From Thermoleophilaceae bacterium (lineage in GTDB: Bacteria; Actinomycetota; Thermoleophilia; Solirubrobacterales; Thermoleophilaceae), in NCBI GenBank assembly GCA_050693815.1, contig JBOGXS010000050.1, positions 1-40,783 on the forward strand: a stretch of 40,783 nucleotides of DNA. Direction: 5' to 3'. Positions 1 to 7,521 of this stretch are shown here, piece after piece. Below the pieces are notes generated by a model. It was not told where the DNA came from. It searched no databases and saw only the letters and a program-made list of their open reading frames with translations. A program made the position numbers and the translations under genes. The first letter of the stretch is position 1, and each line of letters starts with the position of its first letter.

Positions 1-885
1 GCTTCCCTCCCAGATCGGGTCGATCAGGTCCGAGACCTTCTCGGGGTCGCCCCCCGTGGTCACGTAGATGCCGTCACGGTCCATGAAGTAGACGCCGTTG
101 GGAGAGGCGCAGATCGCCCGCGGCGCGGCCAGGCCGACCCCGGTGTCGACGGTGCGGTAGTTGAAGACCGGGTTTCCCGCGGAGTCCGCGGTGGTCCCGT
201 AGACGACGAAGAACTTCGACTCCTTGAACACGAACACGAACTCGCGCCAGACGAGCAGGTGCTGGATCTTCTCCCCGTCGCCGGGAGTGAGGCTGATGAA
301 GCTCTGAGCGTTGAAGGTTTCGGGAAGGCCGGGGGCCGAGAACCACACGTAATCGGTCTGCGCCTGGGCCGCAGACGGCCCGTTGGCGCCGTCATCGAAG
401 CCCGCGACGACCATCCGGTTTCCCTGGTCGACGGCCATCACGGCGAGGTAGCGCGCCTTCGGCGAGTTGGCGACCGAGGCCCAGGTGGCGCCGTTCCACT
501 TGCGAAGCAGGTTCTTGCCGTTGCCCGCATAGGCGACCTCCGAGCCGGGGGAGCCGAAGCGACAGAAGTCCCACTCGCTGTCGGTGAGCGCGGTGGCCGA
601 GGCGACCACCGCCCCCGCGGTCGAGAGCGCTTCGAGGCGGCTGCCGCAGCCGGCCAGCAGCTGGCGGGTGCCCGTCGTCGTGTAGAAGGGATGCAGGGTC
701 TTCGGCGGGTTGGTGAGCGCGGTCGGGGTGAGCTTCGCCCAGCCGGGGCGCTGCTTGACCACGCCGCGCTCGGTGAACTCGACGTTGAGGCAGTCGATCG
801 CCTCGGCCGAGTTCACGGCATCCGCCTTGTCGCGGAGGTTCAGCCCCGCCCCGAAACCATCGAAGGGGACGGTCTGGTAGGCCAT
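1..885 (-). CDS. putative tail (nozzle/tubular-like) protein, N-terminal part; runs off the left edge
   Basis: Absent from the ORF track because it has no stop in the window. ATG at 885-883 overlaps the adaptor gene stop (TGATG). I checked all 295 plus-strand triplets from position 1 and found no in-frame tta/cta/tca. Translation starts MAYQTVPFDGFGAGLNLRDKADAVNSAEAIDCLNV and ends TTGGDPEKVSDLIDPIWEGS. It sits directly after the adaptor gene. Confidence 0.6.
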   Translation of the reverse strand, partial: MAYQTVPFDGFGAGLNLRDKADAVNSAEAIDCLNVEFTERGVVKQRPGWAKLTPTALTNPPKTLHPFYTTTGTRQLLAGCGSRLEALSTAGAVVASATALTDSEWDFCRFGSPGSEVAYAGNGKNLLRKWNGATWASVANSPKARYLAVMAVDQGNRMVVAGFDDGANGPSAAQAQTDYVWFSAPGLPETFNAQSFISLTPGDGEKIQHLLVWREFVFVFKESKFFVVYGTTADSAGNPVFNYRTVDTGVGLAAPRAICASPNGVYFMDRDGIYVTTGGDPEKVSDLIDPIWEGS

Positions 886-1475
886 CACCAGTCCCAGGAG
901 CCGGTTATCAGGGTGTCGGCGGGAGTGTCGTAGTGGACGACCAGCAGGTCGTCGGCCATCTCGCGCAGACGGCGCTCGAACTCCAACTCGTTTGCCTCGG
1001 CGGCCTCGAAGTTGTCGGAGTCGCGGTAGGCGAGCGCCACCGCCCCGTCCACGAGCATGTAGTGATAGCGGGCGTCGAACAGCGGCACGTCGTCTGCGCC
1101 GAGCTCGACCGCCACCTTCAAATAGCGCACCGAGAGGTCGTGGGCGGAGGTCGGGTAGGCGGTGAGCGCGCCAGCGTCCATGAACCACGCCCACGGGTCG
1201 CCGGTCTGGGTGAGCAGCGGGTCCGCTTCTGCCAGCGTGCGCCGGTCCTGCCAGAAAAGCTGGCGCTCGGCGCTCGTGTCCACAACCGTGAGCACCGCGC
1301 GCAGGTCTGAGATCGAAAGCGGGGAGGGGCCGACCTGCGTGGCCTCCAGGAAGGGCCACGGATCGCGGTCGGTGACCCGCTGGTAGGCGCGGTTGAGCCA
1401 CAGGTCGATGCGTCCGGAGGCCTTGTGGTCGAAGCCCCGCGCCTGGACCTCGGAGCGCATCTCGGCGAGGTTCAT
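885..1475 (-). CDS. head-tail adaptor/connector-like protein (196 aa)
   Basis: The internal ATG at 1475 forms an ATGA overlap with the stop of the upstream gene. The N-terminus MNLAEMRSEVQARGFD...RIDLWLNRAYQRVTDRDPWPFLEA resembles phage adaptor proteins. It lies downstream of the capsid gene. Confidence 0.45.
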   Translation of the reverse strand: MNLAEMRSEVQARGFDHKASGRIDLWLNRAYQRVTDRDPWPFLEATQVGPSPLSISDLRAVLTVVDTSAERQLFWQDRRTLAEADPLLTQTGDPWAWFMDAGALTAYPTSAHDLSVRYLKVAVELGADDVPLFDARYHYMLVDGAVALAYRDSDNFEAAEANELEFERRLREMADDLLVVHYDTPADTLITGSWDW

Positions 1476-1954
1476 CCGATCGACCTCGACACCCGCACGC
1501 CCGGAGACCACGCCGCCTTCGCGCGGTCATGAAGCTCTGAGATCCGCTCCGCCTGCTCTGCGGCCTGCGCCTGGCGCTCGGCGTCAAGCGCGGTTCGCTT
1601 CAGCTTCTCGCGCTGCGCGCGGGCGCGGTCGGACCACATATCGCTCTCGGCGAGCTCGCGAAACAACCCGGAGTCGGGCTCGCGAAACTCGCCGTCTCGA
1701 CCCTCATGGACCTTGATCGAGGACGGGGCGCCGGGGTTGTGACGGATGATGTGGTAGTAGCCGGGCCTGAGGCCGGGCAGCTCGGTGTCGAGGCGAGCCT
1801 TGACCAGTTGCAGGTAGGGGTCGATCCGGCGAAGCTCGGCGTTGAAGCGCTCGAGCGCGTCGCGGACCTCGACGTGGCGGCGAAGGTCGGCGGCGTGGCG
1901 TTGGCGCTCTTCGACAAGCTCGGCCGCGACCTGCGGCGGGACATACAGGGACAC
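1472..1954 (-). CDS. hypothetical virion-module protein (160 aa)
   Basis: ORF-track entry. It is coupled to the downstream gene by an ATGA overlap and has a coiled-coil-like C-terminus. I recognise no motif. Confidence 0.5.
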   Translation of the reverse strand: MSLYVPPQVAAELVEERQRHAADLRRHVEVRDALERFNAELRRIDPYLQLVKARLDTELPGLRPGYYHIIRHNPGAPSSIKVHEGRDGEFREPDSGLFRELAESDMWSDRARAQREKLKRTALDAERQAQAAEQAERISELHDRAKAAWSPGVRVSRSIG

Positions 1955-2002
1955 TCGTATCTCGCTCTCGATCGGACGGCTTTCGCCGCGAGGGAAGGCT
2001 CA

Positions 2003-2034
2003 GGGCCGGCTCCGGCTGCCTACGGAGCCGGCCC
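2003..2034 (-). terminator. strong hairpin just after the capsid gene (attenuator/terminator candidate)
   Basis: Perfect 12-bp stem, GGGCCGGCTCCG (2003-2014) with CGGAGCCGGCCC (2023-2034), and an 8-nt loop. It lies 7 nt downstream of the capsid gene stop. There is no clear U-tract. Confidence 0.5.
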
Positions 2035-2040
2035 CGCAGA

Positions 2041-3279
2041 TCAGCCGGTGAGGCCGATCGCCGACGCGTGCGAGCTGCGGCGCTTGGCCGCGAGCTGGCA
2101 CGGGTAGGTGAGGGCGTCCACGAACGAGGTGAAGCCCTGCTTGTAGAGCATCCCACGACTCGCTCCCTGGACCTCGGAGGCCCAGGTCGGCTTGCCGAAC
2201 TTCCCGCCGGTGACGACGAAGAAGTCAGACAGCGTGAGCATGTAGAGCTCACGGTCGGGGATGTCGGGATCGACGGCGATCTCCATGCCGTTCCACTTGA
2301 ACCCGTGCGCGTTGCCGGCGGCGGTCTTGTCGTCGGAGAAACGCACCTGGCTCTGGAACTGCGAGTAGAGCTGCGCCGCCTGGTATGGGCTGGTGGTCAC
2401 GTACGTCGGCCACTTGCCCGTCTTCTGGAACACCTTGCGCTGCAACGTCAACAGCAGGTCCAGGGAGACGAGGGTGGTCGCGGTGTCGACGTGAGCCGGC
2501 ACCCATTGTCCGACCGAGGCCGGGTCGATGGTGCCGACCACCGTGGTCTCCGAGCCGGCCATCTGGCGCAGCCCGTTGGCCTCGTTGGAGGTCGTGCCCG
2601 CCCGCGCGTTGGCAACCGATACGAAGTGGCCGGTGGCGGTGGTGGTCACGGTTGCGCCGTCGATCACGATCGAGGGCGCGGTGTCGGACTCGTTCACGGA
2701 CACGATCGAGCGATCCGCCGCCACCGATGACTCGGAGGCGGTCGTGCCGATGTCGATCAGCATCCCGGGCCGCAGCCAGCCTCGCTCGATCGCGCCGAAC
2801 CCGTACCCCGTGGGGCGCAGGCTCACCGTGTTCGAGGTGGTGGTCGTGGCGCACTCGGCGATCAGCGCGTCCTGGTTGGAGACGAACTGGCGTCCGAGGT
2901 TGCGGCGCATTGCCCCCACGTTGGAGGCGATGGTCTGATCGGCGGCGTCGATCGTGGAGCGCTCGCCGACCGTGTCGGCCTGGTTGAGCGCGCCGGCCTC
3001 GATCTCGACCTGCTGCCATTCGTAGACGAGCGTGTAGTCGGCTCGATCGACGTGCAGGGCGTCGGCGGGGTTGAGCGCACCGCCCGCGGCCGTGTGCGTG
3101 GTGGAGCCACCGGGCAGGCTCAGCTCGACGGGGACCTGAGCCTGGCGGCCGATGGTGTACTTGTTGGTCTTCTCGACCTTGTCCAGCCAGCGGTTCTCGT
3201 TGTAGAACTGGCCTTCGAGGCGGTCCTGAGTCCAGACCTCCTTCAGGAGATCGAGAAGGTTGGCGACTGTCTCTGCCAT
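2041..3279 (-). CDS. major capsid protein (412 aa; HK97-fold inferred, no delta domain)
   Basis: Its size and the portal-scaffold-capsid order support the call. The sequence has no low-complexity regions (MAETVANLLDLLKEVWTQDRLEGQFYNENRWLDKVEKT...) and is followed by a strong hairpin. Confidence 0.8.
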   Translation of the reverse strand: MAETVANLLDLLKEVWTQDRLEGQFYNENRWLDKVEKTNKYTIGRQAQVPVELSLPGGSTTHTAAGGALNPADALHVDRADYTLVYEWQQVEIEAGALNQADTVGERSTIDAADQTIASNVGAMRRNLGRQFVSNQDALIAECATTTTSNTVSLRPTGYGFGAIERGWLRPGMLIDIGTTASESSVAADRSIVSVNESDTAPSIVIDGATVTTTATGHFVSVANARAGTTSNEANGLRQMAGSETTVVGTIDPASVGQWVPAHVDTATTLVSLDLLLTLQRKVFQKTGKWPTYVTTSPYQAAQLYSQFQSQVRFSDDKTAAGNAHGFKWNGMEIAVDPDIPDRELYMLTLSDFFVVTGGKFGKPTWASEVQGASRGMLYKQGFTSFVDALTYPCQLAAKRRSSHASAIGLTG

Positions 3280-3310
3280 GAGGCGTACCTTTCTCGGCCC
3301 TCAACGGCTC

Positions 3311-3970
3311 CTAGCCGGCCGCGAGTTGATCTGCGATCCACTCGCGCCGCTGCTCGGGGTCATCGAGGTTGGGTTGATGGGAGGGACTCGAACCCGTGGG
3401 CGCCTGGGGAGCTCGGCGCTTGCCGGCGACGTAGTCCGAGATCACGTGATCTCGCACGCCCGTGACCTTCTTGAAGGCGGTTTCGACTTCATCGGGGTCA
3501 GAGAGGGCACCGAAGATCAGGTCCACTTCGTCGTCTGAGAGCTCGATGCCCGCCGCTTCGGACAGGCGCTCGATCTCGTCCTCGACGTGATCCTCGATCG
3601 CATCGAGCTCGCGCTCGTGCTCGACTTCGAGCAGCTCATCGACGCGAGGGTCGTAAAGCTCCTCGGGCTCGTCGTCTGCGTACTCGTCGTCGTCGTCTGC
3701 GTACTCGTCGTCCTCGGTCTCCGCAAGGTCGAGGCCCAGGATTTCGAGGGCCTCGGGGTCTCCCTGGCGGGCGAGATCGATGACTTGGCGAAGCTCGGAG
3801 TTCTGCTGAGTGACCCGAGTGAACTCGGGCTGCAGGCTCTCGTAGCGGTTCTGCCAGTCGGTGGGTTCGGGTGAGCCCTCGGCGGGCTCGGGGGCGGGTG
3901 TCCCATCTTCGGGGCCGCTGGGCTCGGGAGGTGGCGTCTCCTGGTTCTCAGGGACCGGCTCGTCGGGCAT
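3311..3970 (-). CDS. scaffolding protein (219 aa, highly acidic)
   Basis: It lies between portal and capsid. The N-terminus is Pro/Glu-rich, and there are acidic runs (ETEDDEYADDDDEYADDEPEELYD) with a helical character. Confidence 0.65.
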   Translation of the reverse strand: MPDEPVPENQETPPPEPSGPEDGTPAPEPAEGSPEPTDWQNRYESLQPEFTRVTQQNSELRQVIDLARQGDPEALEILGLDLAETEDDEYADDDDEYADDEPEELYDPRVDELLEVEHERELDAIEDHVEDEIERLSEAAGIELSDDEVDLIFGALSDPDEVETAFKKVTGVRDHVISDYVAGKRRAPQAPTGSSPSHQPNLDDPEQRREWIADQLAAG

Positions 3971-4039
3971 CGGATGCTCCTATGGGTAGGGCGGGGCCGC
4001 GGGGGCGTGTCCGCCGGTTTGGGTGGGTGCCGGGCCGCT

Positions 4040-6025
4040 CTAGGCGGGTGTCGGCGGGGGGGCGTCGCCGTTTGGCGACGGCAAGCTTGGGGTGCCCTTC
4101 TCCTGGGGCTTGGCGGCGTTTTGCATGCCGTAGCGCTCCGCCTGGGCCTCCTGGGCCATCTGCGCTTCCTGGGCCTTCTGAGCCTCCATCTGCAAGACGC
4201 CGGCATAGATCACCGCCGCCACGTTTTGCATCGACGGGGGCAGTTGCTCGAACTCCTCCGTCTTCATCCATTGCTCGAAGCGGTCGCGAAAGACGGCCAG
4301 GTTGTCGGAGTAGCGGGGCATCCACCCGGGGGCGAACTCGGGGCTTCCGTCCGGCGCCGTGCGCCCGGAGGGCAGATTCGGCATCTCGCCGACCGTGCCC
4401 TGCTTGATTCGCTGAATGATCCGCCCCGCGCGGGCCTCATCACGGGCGAAGTTGTTGATCACGGCCTCCCCGGCGCCGGTCTCGATCGCCGTCATCGCCT
4501 CCTGCGGGCCGATCCACCCCATCTGCGCGTAGGTCATCAACCGCTGCTCGATCGCCTGCTTGGTCCGCGGCTCGATCGAATCGGTGAACACCCGCACGTC
4601 CACCTGCCCGCGCAGGTCCGCGCCCTTGAAGTCGTGGATCGACTCCCACCCCCAATCCCCCTTGATCTGCAAGAGGCGCGGCTCGGTGTAGTTGTCCTGC
4701 ACCTGCACGAGGCAGTCGTGGGCGAGGCGGCCGTGGAAGTCGGCAAGCTCTGCGATGAACAGCGCCGAGCGGGCCTGGTTCTTGTCGAGCAGCGCCTGGA
4801 TCGCCTTCCCCGACTCCACCCCGGAAGGGAGGTCGTTCTGCCCCGCGATCCGCAGCAGGTCTTCTCGGGCGCGGTCTGCCATCGAGAACAGCTCGGGCGG
4901 GATCGAGGGCGTCTCGATCACCTTGAAGTTGCGGTCGGGGTCGGGGATCTCATACACCTTCCCCGGCTCGTCCGACCATCGCTGGCGGCCCATCAGCCCC
5001 GGCGGCACGACCACCCGCGGGATCAGGCAATGGTTCTTCCACTCCACCGCCTTGGATTCGGCGTCGTTGACGGTGCGGTTGGCGTCGAGGAGCTGCGAGA
5101 CGAGGCCGAGGTCTCGATCCGAGTCGGGGTCGGGCGCGTAGGAGAGCTTTCGCAGCACCGGCTGCTCGCCCTGAGAGGGGTAGAGGCGCTCGGGCACGAT
5201 CTGACGCCCGTTGGCGATCGTCAGCCACCGCCCGTAGGGGTATTTGGGGCAGGGGCGCTCGAGGTAGTCGGTGACGAGGACGAGGGAGGCACGGTCACCC
5301 TGGTTTCGCCCCCGCGAGGACAGCGAGCGGGCGGCGGCGTCGGGGGTGAGCTTGCCGCCGAAATAGCCCTCGCCCTGCATCACCTGGTCGATCGGGCGGG
5401 CCTGCTCCACGGCGTGCCACGGCGAGCGGTCGAAGCGAAGCCCCGGCTCCCAATAGCACTCGTTGGAGCCGAAGATGCGCACCCGCACATCGCCCTGACC
5501 TACCGTGCCCTGCTCGTCGGAGAGAAACGGCCCGATGGTGGTGTCGAAGAAGGGCCAAGCGAACGCCTCGCCTCCGATCACGGCGTGGATCACCGCGTCC
5601 GCGAGCGCCCGGCGAAGCTCCCAGCGGTGATAGCCGTACAGCGCCACCTTCTCGGCCAGCGACGCCGCCGCCACGTCGGAAGGGTCCGAGGTCGAGGGCA
5701 CGACCTGATAGGAGGGCACGCGCTGGGTCGCCTGCGCTGCCTCTCGCAGGACCACGTCGAAGATGAAGTTGCGCGACTGGCGGGCGCGCCAGGTGGGCTT
5801 CCCCGGCCCGCGCACGCCCACCGCGCCGTCAGCGAGCGTCTGCAGCTTGCCCCGCGGGTCGACGTAGACGAAGTGGTTGCCGCGGTAGAACTCGAACGCC
5901 TCGTCGCGGGCGGGGGCGATCGATTGAAGGCGCTCGCGGCCTCGGTTGAGCTTCGCCAGGAACGCCTTGTCGAGCTGGGTCGGGTCCTCGATGACCGCGC
6001 GCCTTGCCCGATCGAGCACCGCCAT
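4040..6025 (-). CDS. portal protein (661 aa)
   Basis: Its size and its position upstream of scaffold and capsid support the call. The C-terminal tail is Q/A-rich (EAQKAQEAQMAQEAQAE). Confidence 0.75.
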   Translation of the reverse strand: MAVLDRARRAVIEDPTQLDKAFLAKLNRGRERLQSIAPARDEAFEFYRGNHFVYVDPRGKLQTLADGAVGVRGPGKPTWRARQSRNFIFDVVLREAAQATQRVPSYQVVPSTSDPSDVAAASLAEKVALYGYHRWELRRALADAVIHAVIGGEAFAWPFFDTTIGPFLSDEQGTVGQGDVRVRIFGSNECYWEPGLRFDRSPWHAVEQARPIDQVMQGEGYFGGKLTPDAAARSLSSRGRNQGDRASLVLVTDYLERPCPKYPYGRWLTIANGRQIVPERLYPSQGEQPVLRKLSYAPDPDSDRDLGLVSQLLDANRTVNDAESKAVEWKNHCLIPRVVVPPGLMGRQRWSDEPGKVYEIPDPDRNFKVIETPSIPPELFSMADRAREDLLRIAGQNDLPSGVESGKAIQALLDKNQARSALFIAELADFHGRLAHDCLVQVQDNYTEPRLLQIKGDWGWESIHDFKGADLRGQVDVRVFTDSIEPRTKQAIEQRLMTYAQMGWIGPQEAMTAIETGAGEAVINNFARDEARAGRIIQRIKQGTVGEMPNLPSGRTAPDGSPEFAPGWMPRYSDNLAVFRDRFEQWMKTEEFEQLPPSMQNVAAVIYAGVLQMEAQKAQEAQMAQEAQAERYGMQNAAKPQEKGTPSLPSPNGDAPPPTPA

Positions 6026-6295
6026 CTAGACGACCTCCCCGGCGCGCTGGCGCTCTGCGTATGCCTCGTATGCGTCGTCGTCGTCCACGGGCAGGTGGAG
6101 CAGCTCGCCCGAGGGCTCGACATCCGACTCATAGGCCGCCGCCTGGGGAGCCTGGATGCGGTTCAGGAGCTTTCGGCGCTCTGCGGAGAAGCTCTCGATC
6201 AGGCGGTCGATCTGGCGCAACTGGGCGCGATGAGTCAGATATTGGGCGGTCAGCGCAGCGGCGCTGATCGCCACGAGGCAGAGGAGTTCGAGCAT
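6026..6295 (-). CDS. small membrane-anchored protein (89 aa)
   Basis: I prefer the internal ATG at 6295, 5 nt after the TAA of the upstream gene. The N-terminus is hydrophobic (MLELLCLVAISAAALTAQYL) and the C-terminus is acidic. Confidence 0.45.
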   Translation of the reverse strand: MLELLCLVAISAAALTAQYLTHRAQLRQIDRLIESFSAERRKLLNRIQAPQAAAYESDVEPSGELLHLPVDDDDAYEAYAERQRAGEVV

Positions 6296-6300
6296 GGGGG

Positions 6301-6867
6301 TTACCGAATCGCGGGGTAGGTGATCATTGGAGGGACAGGGACGTGACGCACGATGCATGGTGTGCCATGCTGGGTGTAGTGCACCGTCAGCTCGATGTGA
6401 TCAACGGCTGCGTTGGTGGCGCTGCCGACTTCATACGAGCACGCCACCACAGCGCCGAAATTGGCGCTGTTCACGTCTGACGCGGTCCACGTCTCCCCCC
6501 ACAGATCCGCGTCCCCTCCGTAATTCACGACCGAATCCACCGTCGGCCAAATAGTCACCAGATCAGCCTTATCGACGGTTCCGATGAAGCCGTCTGCCTT
6601 GACGACTCTGATCCTCTGATCGTGAATGTCCGCGCCTGTGCTCGCACGTCGACGCTCGACCGAGACCACGATTCCCGTGATGACAGCATCACTCGGAACT
6701 CTGAAACCAAAGCTCTGTGCCTTGAGGTAGTTGCTGCCCAGCGAGCCCGGGTCAACGAAAGAGGTTGAGTCGTCGGAAGCCACGATTCTTTCCGGACTCG
6801 ACCACGCAACCGAGCCAAAGCCAACGTCGTTTGTGCCCAGTCCGGCGGGACGGGTCTGCTTAGCCAT
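6301..6867 (-). CDS. hypothetical virion protein (188 aa)
   Basis: ORF-track entry with a non-repetitive, beta-rich-looking sequence. It lies between terL and the portal gene. Confidence 0.5.
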   Translation of the reverse strand: MAKQTRPAGLGTNDVGFGSVAWSSPERIVASDDSTSFVDPGSLGSNYLKAQSFGFRVPSDAVITGIVVSVERRRASTGADIHDQRIRVVKADGFIGTVDKADLVTIWPTVDSVVNYGGDADLWGETWTASDVNSANFGAVVACSYEVGSATNAAVDHIELTVHYTQHGTPCIVRHVPVPPMITYPAIR

Positions 6868-6895
6868 CGCCTCAGTCCCGCAAGCCAGCCATGAC

Positions 6896-7204
6896 CTACA
6901 TCCCCAAAGCGAGGAAGCTCACTCCGTCCCCGGAGACCGTCGCGTCGCAGAAGATCGTGGAGAGCTGGGCGATGTTGAGGGTGATCGCCTGTCCGGCTTC
7001 CAGGAGCACGCCGCGCTCGGCGCCCACAGCGGCGTCCACGTTGGCGTCGCCAATCGCGATCACGCCGGTGTTGTCGGACTCGGCCTGGATCGTCACCGAG
7101 ATGATCCGGCCCACGTTGCCCGAGAGCACCCCGGGGGTACCGGCGGTGGCGACGACCTTGCGCCCGGTGGTGATCGTGGAGGCGGGGTTTTCGAGCAGGC
7201 CCAT
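6896..7204 (-). CDS. hypothetical small virion protein (102 aa)
   Basis: Only the C-terminal 102 codons of track ORF 6896..7687 look coding (MGLLENPASTITTGRKVVATAGTPGV...). The ATG at 7204-7202 shares one base (7204) with the TGA (7206-7204) of the upstream gene, a TGATG junction. Confidence 0.55.
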   Translation of the reverse strand: MGLLENPASTITTGRKVVATAGTPGVLSGNVGRIISVTIQAESDNTGVIAIGDANVDAAVGAERGVLLEAGQAITLNIAQLSTIFCDATVSGDGVSFLALGM

Positions 7205-7509
7205 CAGACGGCCCCCGCGAGCTCGGCCTCGAGCTCGCGATAGGTGGCGAGCTTGTCCACACGCGCTCTCAGCGCTTCGATCTCCGTCTCCATCTCGGCG
7301 AGGCGGGCGAGGTGGCCTTCGACCTCCTCGCGTGAGACCCAGCCGAGCAGACGGGCGATCTCCTTCGCGGCGGCGATCGAGAGGTCGACCGGCTGATCCC
7401 AGCCGGTGAGCACACGGCCCGTGGAGACGAAGCCCTCGGGGTCGGTGGTGCGATCGGTGATCGCGCAGCGCAGGCTGCCGTTCAGTTGGGAGGGGGGCAC
7501 GATGCGCAT
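7204..7509 (-). CDS. hypothetical protein (101 aa), coiled-coil C-terminus
   Basis: ORF-track entry immediately downstream of terL. Confidence 0.5.
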   Translation of the reverse strand: MRIVPPSQLNGSLRCAITDRTTDPEGFVSTGRVLTGWDQPVDLSIAAAKEIARLLGWVSREEVEGHLARLAEMETEIEALRARVDKLATYRELEAELAGAV

Positions 7510-7521
7510 TGGTTCCTTTCG

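Noticed and set aside
3311-6025. Search for a prohead protease between portal and capsid.
   Set aside because: Only an acidic scaffold-like ORF is present there. No Ser/His protease motifs were seen, and the capsid protein lacks a delta-domain-like N-terminus.
3974-6319. Very long plus-strand ORF (781 aa). Similar long ORFs are at 32706..34622 (+), 11913..13214 (+), 36891..38162 (+), 2249..3304 (-), 12308..13108 (-), 34600..35466 (-) and others.
   Set aside because: They lie antisense to, or frame-shifted over, well-supported genes (portal, giant protein, capsid). Their translations are Arg/Gly/Pro/Ala low-complexity strings typical of stop-poor shadow frames in high-GC DNA.
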